From contig NC_086109.1 in the NCBI RefSeq assembly GCF_963921235.1, positions 24,306,001 through 24,370,000 of the forward strand: a stretch of DNA of 64,000 nt. The letters run 5' to 3'. This DNA comes from Mobula hypostoma. Lineage: Eukaryota. This document shows positions 46,866-59,539 of the stretch, one piece after another; positions within the stretch are counted from its first letter, which is position 1; every line of letters starts with the position of its first letter. Made by a program: the position numbers and the translations under genes. The notes below the pieces were generated by a model that was given only the letters and a program-made list of their open reading frames with translations, ran no database searches and was not told the origin of the DNA.

Positions 46866-48504
46866 GTTGTTAATACGATTTCAGACGAACAGAAGAGGTG
46901 AGGCGGCGGTGGGAAGGGGACGACGGATCGGGTCAAAAATCCATCTCGTGACAAATCTCAAGCCCGTCATTTGCAAAATACAAATCATCCCAGGTCGCTG
47001 TTTTTCGCTAACCTGGTTTTGGGACGGAACAGCAGAAAGGCAGGGTAACAAGGTAATTAGATGCTAATTCATTAATAAGATGCTAATTCAGTAATAGAAT
47101 GCAACCAAAACGCGACGTTTTAAATAAAATGACACCAAAAATAAGTCGTTACAATTCTTTTTGAATGAAACATATTATTTGTCAAAGTTTCCCTTGCTAA
47201 CTTGATCTTGCAAACAGTCTTAGAAAATAAAACGCAAGGTGAAAGCGATCTAACATTTCCTGACAATCTGTGATTTGAATGGTTTAATTTTTTTAAGGCA
47301 CTTTATAAAATATCCAGTTAGGATGGTGATACTTTAAGCAAATGTAATTACAGTGTTTCGTGTCCCCCTCCCTTTAATAATGTCAGGGGACTATAATCCC
47401 TTCGTCAAATCAACACAATAAAGAGTTTCTTGCATTGCATACAAGCATTGTTCAAAGGACCTGTCAGCCCTCGACTGGGAGCCGCGCTCCGTCTGAATGC
47501 AATTAGCGTTTTTTTATATAAAAAAACTATTCAAAAGACATGCCAAATGAGAACAAGCCGTATCAGCCCAGCAATAAAGGAATTTAAAAAAAACACAACC
47601 CGTGTTTCTGAGCAAGTAATTACAGTGTTAGTATACTAGTTGCAAGTGCAAGACTGCAAATTACCTCCGATTTCAATAGATAGTTTAGAGCCTGAGTTTC
47701 TATTAGGCTCAGAACGGTGCAGGCGATCAGTATAAAGGAGATCCCAATACCCCCCCCCCAACCCCCTTGTGCGGTCGAATAGTACAAGTTTCCCCCGCCA
47801 TCCGACTCATCTCTCCCCTTTCCCTCACCCCAACAATAATTCAACACGACGCGTTTGCAGGAGTTTTGGAGAGTGAGAGAGCGTCTGGGACAAACAGAGG
47901 GAGTCACAGAAAGGCCAAACTCGGAAAAGGCTGGAGCCGCGAGTGTGCCGGGGGAACTCGGAGCAGATCGGCCGGTGTCTGAGAGAAGAGCAGACAGGTT
48001 AACAACCCCTTGCACTCCAATACTTTGCAGAAGCTGACAAGTACTGCGACGGCAAGAGATTCTGTTTCCAGTTCCTTTGGATGGCTTGTTTTAAAATCGA
48101 ATCAACGTGCATACTTTTAAATGTCAGTTCCCCTCTTCCTTCAAGTACTTGCAATTCAGGAAAAGGTTTTAGGGAAAGAGTCTGTCATAATTGTTCCCTG
48201 AATATTATTTGATGTCACTCCTATAACCCGTTAAAGGATTCGGCTGCAGTTCAGTTGCCATTATTTTGACTGTTTCCCCTTTTTTTAACTGCAGCAAAAC
48301 GCCGTTCAGGAGGAATTCGCCCTGCTTAACGGTCAAGCAGCCAAATCCTGACCGCCCCCACCCTCGACTCTCCACTATCTCATTTGTCAAACCTCGTCAA
48401 CGGTTTGGTGCTGCCAGCTTCCCTTTTCCTCTCCTGACTTGAGTTGCGGCTCAAGCCCCGCCTGTTTTCTGCTCTCTCTCCCCCCAAACAGCCACTGCAA
48501 CTAA

Positions 48505-48506
<2 letters not shown>

Positions 48507-48550
<44 letters not shown>
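48507..48550. repeat. (CA)n microsatellite
   Basis: About 18 CA units. Confidence 0.97.
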
Positions 48551-48551
48551 A

Positions 48552-48700
48552 CTACAGATGCTGAAACCCTGAAATAAAACAGAAAAATGCTGGAAGAATT
48601 TCCCATGTTCCCGGGAATATCTATGGAAAACAGAAAAAGAATTAAATGTTCAGCTGGTCAGAACTTACTGATTCTTTTCTCCAGCTTTTTTTTGTTTTAG
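48552..48700. mobile_element. Decayed fold-back PLE terminus
   Basis: CAGATGCTGAAACCCTGAAATAAAACAGAAAAATGCTGGA with partial inverse TCCAGCTTTTTTTTGTTTTAG. Confidence 0.45.
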
Positions 48701-49811
48701 TTAGCAAGACGGTGGGTTGGTTGGCAATGAACCCTGACTTGAGGCCATCCAGCTGATCCTCATCCCGATCACGAGCTTGCCCTGACGCGAATGTGCCTCG
48801 TTAGCATGAATTAATAGGGCGTCCTGGCTCATCCATCTCCCCCTTCCACCTCACCAACCCATCTTCCCTCCGAAACCCACGGGGAATGATTCCCAGCTTT
48901 ATTTCCCCGAAGTTCCTTCTGATTGACAACTATGAAATAAAACTCCAGCGGGGGTTTTGCCCGCTCTCTGTGTGGATGAGAAGACCCCGGGGCCAGCGAC
49001 TTCAAGCGCAACTGGAGTGAGCGAGTATAACGCAGAATCAACGGGAGGGGCTCACTGTGTCGTGAAACTCTGTCAAATGGGTTCGAAAGAGAAAAACGGG
49101 GTTGTGACGAAGTCAGTGTCAGTTTCTAAGATGAATTCAGATGCCCTTTATCCATCTTCATGGCCTCCGTGTTTCTACCATGTAAGAGAAATTGACTCGG
49201 CGATCCAGGTTGTACAGAGATATAGGGAAGGTGTCAGATGTATGACCAGCTGCGCGAAGTACAAGAAGAGGTAGCCCGCTCACGTTATGGTTCACGCTAT
49301 CAGGGAGAGAAATATACCGCCAGTTCCTAACTGGCGTTCAAGTTACTTAAACACAGCTCTGAAATGTCCGAGTAGCTAGTTCTCACCTAGTGCAATCGAG
49401 TACCAACTGTTCTTGCACTTTGGCCAGTCAAAATAATGACATTACCACGAAATAGTTATGAAGCGTTAGATTTGGAAAGAACAGTTGCTGCTCAGAACAC
49501 CCGTGGGGAAAAGGGATAGCAAAACTGGGTGTAGTAGCAAAATCCAAAAGGTTCTGTGTGGAGAGAAAGGCAAGGATTTACGTTGCTATGATTGAACAAT
49601 CGCATAATTTCTGTTTTTATTAAATAATCTCTGATCTATACACACGGGTTTGGAGTTTGTCTGGAACTGATTGAGGAGTCTGGATATCTATTGTTTATAC
49701 CAACCAACATAACGTTAATGCACATTGAGAACCGGTTCACATTCACCCAATAATAGTGTAGCTGAGGATTTTATATTTATGATAGACTTCAAAGAGTTAA
49801 GGCTTAGTTTG

Positions 49812-49813
<2 letters not shown>

Positions 49814-49857
<44 letters not shown>
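49814..49857. repeat. (TG)n microsatellite
   Basis: About 22 TG units. Confidence 0.97.
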
Positions 49858-49859
<2 letters not shown>

Positions 49860-50569
49860 CTAACCTGTCCTGTAACAGAATATATACTATTTAGTATATA
49901 TTTGTGAGACTGAAAAATCCTACCCACCCAACTCAAATAGTTTTATATATTTGCTTCCACTTTCTCGACATATTTTTCTCTCTCACTCACTCTCTTTCTT
50001 TCCGACACAGTATTAAAGTGCAATCAGGGGACTTGTTTCTCGTCCACTGCTCAGGCAACATGATTGACAACATTCCAAGATGACAGTCTCCCTCTTGCCA
50101 AGTGGACCTTCAGGAGTTTTAGTTCTGTTGAGGGCGGCAGTTTATGCAACAATGCCATAACTACACCCCCCCCCCTCTCCACCCCCACGATCCGATAGTC
50201 AGGAAGAACCTTGGATCAGGTTTATGGACTCCTGGCCAGTGTTGACATCATAAAGCAACACAGTGAATCCTTCAACACCCCGAATCTCAAAGGAAAGGAT
50301 ATCTGCCCCTTGCCTCGCTATAGCTGAACCTTTGCCAGTCCTGGAAGCTATGAAAAGAACTAAAATATTTTGGGGATATTTTGACCTAAAGACAGGACAT
50401 GTCATATAAACCCTACAAATATTCACAGGCCTGTCAGTAAGAAGGAAGGCAGATAGACGAAGAACTCTTGGTGCATGATTGTAATAAATTAAAATATATT
50501 GTCTGTTTTATTGCTCTCTATGGCTCAATATCATGCCAGCTCTCACTGTCCAAGTGCAGTGAAGAGTCG

Positions 50570-50770
50570 CCACTTGGACAGGAGTAACCAGCAATGAGTA
50601 AAATGGCTCCTTCACTGTGCAGACACTGATCTGATGGATCGCGTGTCTGTTGTAAAAGCCGCTTAATTTTCATCCTGTCAGTCCCAATGGGATGAAAATT
50701 AGGTGTCTTGTTTATAAGGCAGGTGATCTACTTACACATATTTGCCCATAAAGTGAAGACGAACAAAAAG
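50570..50770. promoter_or_regulatory. Putative conserved element with central inverted repeat
   Basis: AAAATGGC (YY1-like), TGATGGAT (Pbx/Hox-like), TGTCA (Meis-like), CCCATAAA (posterior Hox-like), and TAATTTTCATCC / GGATGAAAATTA 12 bp inverted repeat. Confidence 0.5.
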
Positions 50771-53700
50771 AAAATGCCTTCTGATTTCAGCTAAAGAGAG
50801 GAAGTGGATTTCAGCTGAAGGGAGGAGGGGGTGGGGAAGCAGCAGATCATGGAGGGGAAGTATGGTTCATTAGGAGGAGGCGAATCAAACTTTATACTTA
50901 TGTCCCATGTTCCCTTAGAACCTCTGACTTCCCTTGATGACCTTTAAACTCCGCGATAGTAAAATACAACACATCTGAAGTACGTTATGAATCAGGTTAC
51001 GTAATAAAAAAAACAAATCCAGAAATAAATTATTTCACTTCCTTAAAAGAAAAGCTAACAAAGATGTGTCACTAATACATTGTGATGTTATTTTTTTGTG
51101 TGTGGAAGCATCTCGTCCAAAGACACAACCACATTCTGCAGGTTGTGTGCTGAAGGGAAAGTCAGGGGCAATTTTGGTTTGGAGGAGGAAACAGAACCAA
51201 CGGTAGGAAAGACCTGGGGAAATTGGGAAAGTATATCTCAGCTGGCTTGCAGTCACTGTGTGAACATCATGTGCAAATTTTATAATTACCAACTAAATGC
51301 TTGCACATATTGTTTCTTAAAAATGCATATCTTGGCTGCTTTTGTCGACCTTTTTTTTTACTGATAACTATTCGGTTCTTTCCCAAAATAACGCCTGTCT
51401 CACATTATTAACTGGTCGTGTGACTTGAAACATTCATGGCTGTACAAATATTTCCTCTGTCCCTATAGCTATGCAAGATATTAGCAGTAAGATTTCAAAT
51501 TGATTTTTCAATTGTTTCATCAGTAGTTGCATAAAATGAAAAAAGACAATATATTTTGACCAGCTTTGATCTTTCTAATATATTCAATCACTTAAATTAT
51601 TGAAAAGAAACATAAAATGAGAAGATTAATCATGTCCACTGTCAACCTTCAATTATTTTATCATTTCAAGAGCAATATTCACCTTGTTTTTTTTATCTCT
51701 TTTATAATTTTGTTAAATATTAAAAATGAAAACTGCAACCAATTTTCCTACGTTACAAAAAACCCTTAAAATATAGCCCTCACCATTAATATAAAGTGAA
51801 TGCGGAGACAATCTTGCACAGAAAATTATAGAGGCAAATCTCTAGCTACATCGAATGCGGAATGAACACCATTTAAAAATATAATAAATACTTTTGAATA
51901 TTCTAACAAGGAAGATTATTCTCTGGTTGTTGAATGTTCTCACTGAAGGTCAATGATAGATAATTGAAAAGTTTAGATGCTGCTCTTTCTAGCTCGAAGA
52001 CCTGACTTGAATATTTCTACAGCAATGTCAAGTTGGCGGGGCATCAGCTCTTAACCCAGTCACCAACGCAGAACCTGGAGTCCGGTCTGAACAAGTCATG
52101 TTCAGATGCTTACAGATCGACGTTCTGCGTTGATGACTATCTGCAATTTCTTGCAGGATGTGGAGGAGAGAAGCGGGGTAAAAAAAAACAAGCTGAAGAA
52201 ATCTCGCATGGAAATTACTGCAAAATGTATCTATACAAAATGTAAAAAGTACAATAAACAACAATAAAAATTTAAAAGTTTTGACTGAAAACCAGATGGA
52301 AAATAAGTTAAAAGATTTTTAAGAAGGTAAGGACTTTTCGTCCTCTGATGGGAATGCGATTCCCTTCTAATAAAAAGGCAGTGTTTTTTTTATAGCGCGA
52401 TTGCATCTCAAAGTAAAATGAGTCCATACTTTACTCAGCAATGCTGTCTACCATCTAAGCACAGGTGTATTCAGGTACCTCTTAGGTAGGCCAGATTCTA
52501 TCTTTCTTCATTTCCCTTCCACTTTCTGCTTTTCTTCATTCCTGCTTCCCTTGTTTCTCTCATTCATCTCTCTCTCCCTCCCCCTCTCTCTTGCCCTCTG
52601 TCTCTCTCTCTGATCTCTTTTACTCTCTCACTGGAGCGTGGGTCGCTATTTTTGCACCCCACCCTCTTCCTTGCCACCACATTTTCCTGCGTCCTTCAAC
52701 TTTCGCCTCCCCACGTTTCCACTCCCTAGGTTCATCACTTATCCCGTCCTCAGCAGGGAAATATTAGGATTTTCTGTTAACAAGAAAAAAAGATTTTCAA
52801 GAAAGGCAAAGACTGCCGAATCTATTGACTAATTAACGTTCCGAAGTTTCCGTTATGACTAACGTATTTAATGACTTCGTTCTGCTTTTACTTGCAATGT
52901 TGACAGTGGCGGGGTAAAAAGCGACTGTTGACGAAAAATGCATTTCCCATAACCTGCCGAGTACTTATTTAAGAAATCAGCCGTCCAACAGACTTAGGCT
53001 CTGTGGCGAGTTCTAACGGCGGCCGTGATTTCAAACACCTCAGCTCACCTTGTTGTGCCTGGTTTTGTGAAATCAAAATCTCGAGCGGTCGCTACGCCAC
53101 CAATTGCAAGCCACCACACAGAAATAATAAGACCAGGCGGAGTTGCATTATATTTTGTCGAGTTTGCCTCCTAATCTCAAGTATCAAATTTCTGCAGAAA
53201 TTGAGGGGCATTTTGGATCAGGACTTCGAAACACACTTCAGCTTGTTAGTAACTACACTGAAAAATACAGGAGCAAAAATTTTCAATTTATAATACGATA
53301 GTCCATATAAATCACAACTACTTTTTTGTTACAGTTTGTTTCTACTCCAATGCGAGGCGAGATATATTAGTTCAGTTGCATGGGATCTGTTCTGTCATAT
53401 ATGATTGTGTGCTTCCAAGATTATCTGCTTAACTTTCAGCCAAGCGAACGCCGTACTTCAAGTTGGTATAATTGAGAACAAGTGTTTTATTTTGGTTAAC
53501 GTCCCTTGGTTGTGTCTTGGCATTAGAGCGAAAGAAATCTTTGCAGCGTCTCCACATCTGCTGTGGTGCAGTGAACAAGTGAGGGCCCTTCCGCCAATGT
53601 TAGGATAGAACTCAACCCAGAGATGTCATGGGAATCATTTCGAAAGGGGAACCCTACACTTGGGATGTGAGATTTAATAAAGAAATCAACATTAGAGGGA

Positions 53701-56700
53701 GGCATTGTTTAAACACTCCACTCAAAGGAGTATTCAAGCAAACATGCACAACTGTATGTTCAACTGTTGAGAATTCCGGGATTGATAGCGCTTCGTGTTA
53801 ATCTCTTTATTAATGATAGCCAGCCCGTGCTGCATACTGTGCTAGGCACATCTGAATAATAATTGCATGTCCTCAATTAATCACATTGCCATTTCTAGAC
53901 TTAAAAATATACAGCCTCTGGTCATTCTGAAAATAAGAAACTTTAAAATATGTCGGAAGCATTTGGGTTGATGTATATAATGGAAATATTCTGAAAGATA
54001 ATGCTTGAACACGTAAACAGTTTGAAGTCAGCGGCGATTTCCACCATTGTAAATCCCTCACGCCAACCACGGGTGAATTCACAAGGGGTCCGGGGACATT
54101 TGGAGTTTAACCCTTTTCATATCTCCCAGCGCCCTCGGGCAGATTTCAAATAACGTGTGTTTATTGTTTATTTCTGTTTAGAACATTATGATTCATAAGG
54201 GTAAATGAGCAGTTTGACCGATGAATTTCCGATTGCCTGGGTAGCGACTGATTATCACCTCAGAGCCAAACGTTTTCTTTCTAAAGTTTACCACAAAACT
54301 GTCCTTAGGAATGACTGGGGGAGAATACTTGCTTGGAATTTACAAATGCAATGCTTATTTTGGATAATTTGGTCCAGTATCAGTACTTGATAGGTGTATA
54401 CTACTTGAAAGCATATAGAATGCCCAGGGTGTAAGGTTTGCGAAAGGCGATTGTTTCTGGAGATTCAGGGGATAGAGAGTGCAAAAAAAGAGGTTCGAAA
54501 CGAATATACATCTGTTCGACAGATATCACAACGTGTGACTGAGTTTAAACTCCGCGCACATGGGGGGAAATCCCCGAGTCTTGCGGAGCTGCAACAATCA
54601 TTACCAGGTGTAAATGTCCTGTGATAATGTGAGCGAGTCTGGAAGTTGGTGAGAGCTCGTAATCTCTTTCTCTTCTCAAGGTCTTGCCATTTTCCCCCTC
54701 ACACGTTTACCAAATGCATTGAGTTCTATAACCAAACCACGCGCCGGAAAATTAATTGCATTTTGCGCTTACTACAATCGAGCCATCACCGTTTGAGCTC
54801 GGCACTAAGACACGGCAAATAATTATTTCACGCGCACGATTCTTTTAACATCGAGTTCCCATGTTAAAAAAAATCACCCGCGCAATTGTCTGATTTCATG
54901 GATTAATTACGAGGTGTCTGAGAGGTTAAACTCGACTCGAGCGCTATCGATTAAATCGAGACCAAGCGATTTAAATAAAATAAGAAAAAAAGCTGAAACA
55001 ATTCGGCCTTGAAAGTTCGGAAACTAACAGCACAAAGTTGTGGCGGCTTCACGGCGGGCTTTGTACTAAACATTCGGTAGTTTCGCGTGTTGCTCTTTAA
55101 TAATCCAATACGGTAATCTATTAGGATATCTTAAAGAGAAATAAACCGGCATTTAACGTTCTACAGTTATCACCACCAATCGTTTAAGGACGATTTAAGG
55201 GGCTCTTGCAGTCATGCAGTTGGAGGTCTCGGCAATCAGACAGAAAGCGAGTACTGGAGAAGGCTACTGAAACTGACCCGTAACTGACAGCGGCGATCAG
55301 GGAAATGCGAAACTGCAAGTTTCACCAGGGGCAACGAAGGGAGAACAAAATATGTGGCGAAGGAACGAATATAAACCTATCTTCAAAAAAAAAGACACTT
55401 CAGGAAATCCCTGATCTATAGATTTTACGCTAGAAAGTGACGGGTTGTTAGAATACATTGAGCGAAGTTCGAACCAGTCAGGATCTCCCTTATCCTCGCC
55501 CCCACCCCCAACACCGGGCTCAATTAAAGACCTCTGGCGTGTGGAGGGCAAAACATGGGCAAGTATGAGTTAGGAGGCAGGGTGGACGGAAGGAAAACAT
55601 CGGGAGAGGTCCTCCTTCTCTGGGAAGTTGCGGATCTTAACGCGGCCACAGAGTACACAGCAGCTGATACGATTCAATCGCCTCTCCCAGTCCACAAAGC
55701 TGGGGAGAGGGGTTTAACAAAAAGATACAAACTCGAGAAAAGAAACTCCAGACGACCTGCCGCCGCTCGGCACTGGACACACTCCGCCGCAGCCCAACTA
55801 TTTCGATCTTTTACTACACTTTAAGACCTGGTTCATATCACCTCACTTTCAGTTCGACTATCGAGGACAATTCTTTTCAGATCGAAACCCCAACAAACAC
55901 CCAACAGATCCTCGGCCGCGTTGGTGAATCCCGGTTCCTACCCACCCACCCTGCTTTGACCGTGACTGAATTTTCAGGCTAATCTTTACGAATTTAAACT
56001 GCCCCGATTCCGGCGCCGTTTTCTCCCTGACGGAAGCATTGTCTCACAGAGCGAGCCCCAACATAGTTAATCAGGTCAGATCCATACCCGGCAGCTCCCA
56101 TCCCAGCCACATCAAATCGCCGGATTATAGGCAAGGAAATGTTCACAAGTTTAATGGAAAGGAAGACCCGCATATGTAGCAAGCCTCCAATCTTAAACCA
56201 CGTTCTAAACAGTCCACCAAAAAGGAACTACCAAATTCGTAGAGTCAAAACTGGACCTGAATCATGTTTAATCCCTTCCTTGCAAATATCTCTTATACAC
56301 AATCAGACTTTCAAATACAGCCGCCTCCCCCACACCCCTTTCACATGTTAAACCTAAAGCCTTTGAAAGTTCAAATTGATCTGCTAAATGGAAGTTCTCC
56401 AGTCTCCGAACCGAGCTCCGACATCACCCGAAAACTTTTCGCAAGAATGAAAAAACAATGCCAGACATTATCTCAGCAAATAATAACACGTTTTTTCATA
56501 TATTAAAAAAGTAAGGAATATTCCTTCTCTATAAACAAAATGAAATCTTCAAAACTTTTAAGCTGCGACAACTTCAATATCAACCCCCCACCCTGCCCAG
56601 AAATGAAACGAGTCACAAATGGCTGTAGGTTGGAACTGCGAGTCACTAACCTGCGTGAAACCTGCGGGCTGAGTTCTCTCTGTCTCTCCTTTTCAATGCC

Positions 56701-56924
56701 ACAGAATCATGAGGACTTCAGAAATCAATGGGAAAATGTTGAGGAATCCAAAGATTCCCTCTTTTAAAAGTAGCCTCCAGTAGAGTGTGTGGCGGTGTCT
56801 CTCTTTCTGTTTGTGCTGGGTTATGTGTGATGCAATTTTCTTCCTATATTATATATTTTCTTTCCACTATTTGCAGCATGCTCCTGGGACGATTGGATTG
56901 CATTGTTTTTTTTTAAAGAGATCT

Positions 56925-56925
<1 letters not shown>

Positions 56926-57019
<94 letters not shown>
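56926..57019. repeat. (CT)n microsatellite
   Basis: About 90 nt almost pure CT repeat. Confidence 0.97.
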
Positions 57020-57140
57020 TTGCTTGGGAGACGGTCTCTTGCTCCACAGTCCCTCCTCTTCACCACGCTCCTTTAATTACTCAAGCGAAAAGCTCCACGA
57101 TTATGAGCTGCTTCCCATTGCATCCACACAGACAGACACA

Positions 57141-57141
<1 letters not shown>

Positions 57142-57182
<41 letters not shown>

Positions 57183-57194
57183 CACGCGCGCGCG

Positions 57195-57290
<96 letters not shown>
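57142..57290. repeat. Compound (CA)n(CG)9(CA)n microsatellite
   Basis: Unbroken purine-pyrimidine alternation for 149 nt with (CG)9 at 57185-57202. Confidence 0.97.
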
Positions 57291-57293
<3 letters not shown>

Positions 57294-58568
57294 TCTCACA
57301 CACACTCACCAAAAGAAGCAGTCTTTAATCTCAGGGTCTGAGTTTTACACACGGGCAACGTGAGGGTGAGGAGAGGATTCGCCAGCACCGTAATCTACCT
57401 AAAGCAGGTGCTGCTCATTTTCCCCCTTCACCCTGCGCTGTGCCTGCCGTCGCTCCGCTCGCACGGTGCTTTTGACTGGGACGCGCATATCTAACGATCT
57501 CGCTAGTAAGGTGACATTGCAACCAACCCACTAACTAGTTCTTATTGTGTGAAAGTGGAATAAGAAGCTCTAAAAATAATATTAAATATCTTTAAAGGGA
57601 CCTTTTTAAAAAAAGATCTTGCAGAACATATGATAGAGCACGGAGACCATTTTTACATTTTATATATATACCCTGCACTTTTGAATGCTTTTACTCCCAT
57701 TTGGATACAACTTTCATCGGTGCAAGTACCCCCGCTCTTGAATTAGTCACCCATTCTTCATGCCCACTCAATGTGTGCTACTTTTATAAGGGGCTACTTT
57801 TATCCTCCTACAATTCTGAAAGGACTCAGAAAAGGGAATAATACTTGCGTAGTATTTACAACAGAGTATTTATCAGGGCGTTTCACCCAACTAGTCTATG
57901 TTGGTATTACAACTCAGATGACCTTCCTTTTCTTTCCCCAATTTACAAGCTCCAATTTTCTCTTGTTTCCTCTCCTTCTCTTCTCCTGTCTTCTCTGAGC
58001 ATTTTCTCAATCATGACACCCATCACTTTCTCCATTGACAACCACACAACTGCTGTCCAGCCAGCTTCCAGTTCAAACCCACTGTAAACTGTTAGTTTCA
58101 ATTGTTCACCCTCTTCAGGAAGTGTCCTCCTAATCCAACATTTTCCACAATCACCACAAAAAGGAACCCCACACCTGGATTTCTTTTGCAAACTGTCACT
58201 CTTTCCAAAACCCATTTCCCAATCTCTCTTTCCCTTTCAACATCTTTGAACGTGCTGTTCCTTTCCAATTTCCCCAAAACTCTTTGCAATTTTTTCTGAT
58301 GATACTGAAATGATTCATCAACATCATGACTGATCAGCTAAGCAACTGGACAGAGGTAGTCCATCCATCTTAATCTTCACTGCAGTAACCATTCTCCTCC
58401 AGCTCAGTGAGATAGGTGTAGAGTTACAAAAAAATCCCCATGGTCAAAGGCAGTAGGTTCATCTCTCAAAACCACACTACCAAACCTCAAATTCTGCTCA
58501 ATGAAATGTACTCCTATTTAGCTCCCATCAGGTATAGCTCACCCTAAAATTTCTATAACATTTTCATT

Positions 58569-59039
58569 GTTAGATTAGATTAGATTATGAGCACACGCAG
58601 TCCCCTTTTATTGTCATTTAGTAATGCATGCATTAAGAAATGATACAACGTTTCTCCAGAATGATATCACAGAAACACAAGAGAAACCGACTGTAAAACT
58701 GACAAAAACCTCATAATTATAACATATAGTTACAACAGTGCAAAGCAATACCGTAACTTGATAAAGAACAGACCATGTGCATGGTAAAAAGTCTTAAAGT
58801 CTCTCAAATGTCCCATCATCTCACACAGACGGTGAACCTCCAGTGCCGCAAACTTGCCGATGCAGCATCCTGGAAGCACCCGACCACAGTCCGACTCCGA
58901 GTCCGTCCAAAAACTCCAAGCCTCTGACCAGCTCTCCGAGCACTGAGCACCGAGCACCATCTCTGCCGAGCGCTTCAACCCCAGCCCCGGCAACAGGCAA
59001 TAGGCAAAGCCGAGGATTTGGGGCCTTCCCCTCCGGAAG
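58569..59039 (-). mobile_element. Non-LTR retroelement-like fragment with (TCTAA)n tail and GC-rich body
   Basis: (TTAGA)3 then TTTTATTGTCA (AATAAA on minus strand), AT-rich UTR, and a CpG-retaining segment 58830-59039; family not identified. Confidence 0.55.
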
Positions 59040-59539
59040 CTGTACCTGTGCATCGCTGTACTCGTCTGCAAGATAATAATATAATCTTGACTTGACTTGA
59101 CATGCTCTACCAAACCAAGCTCACCAATGCTCCAAATCTCAGTACGTCTCACAGGTTTGAATATTCCAAGGTATTCAACCATTCAGACACATTGCATGAA
59201 ATACCAAAACAGCAACTGTTCATTTCCCTCTACAGGTGCTATCTGACCCGTTGAATTCCTCTAGCATCTTACGTGTTCTCCGCACACAACTGTTTTCTTT
59301 GCTTTATATTATACTCTGTTATAGGCGAGGTAGCACACAACCACCCAGCACAAGTAAACCAGTAGTGATCCACTGATTACTGCAAACATTCCCACAGAGA
59401 CCTTTAGTAACAGTAGAGTGAAGATTATTAATGTTTTGATAGGCTTATACATAATCAATTTTCTCACATCATTTTATCCATTTTCTCAAAATTAAATCCT
59501 ATTACAAATTTGATGGAGGAATCTAAAATTATGAAGGAT

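Larger units (their letters stand above)
46900..57520. promoter_or_regulatory. CpG-rich, transposon-poor regulatory domain
   Basis: CpGs are visibly frequent (47090-48480, 48770-49330, 52830-57510) compared with CpG-poor flanks; only simple repeats and one small decayed PLE remnant recognised in about 10.6 kb. Confidence 0.6.

Noticed and set aside
46555..47067. 170 aa ORF
   Set aside because: TTG start, first half lies in an L2-like remnant, no recognisable domain.
55555..55824. 89 aa ATG ORF inside the CpG domain as a transcription-factor exon
   Set aside because: No homeobox, bHLH, forkhead or zinc-finger signature in this or neighbouring ORFs.
56787..57363. Long ORFs (184 aa and overlapping) with LS, HT and CV repeats
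   Set aside because: Read-through of (CT)n and (CA)n microsatellites; the same applies to ORFs at 7902-8219, 23507-23755 and 49715-49936.
58730..59182. 150 aa minus-strand ORF
   Set aside because: Spans a repeat junction in GC-rich element sequence; no protein motif.
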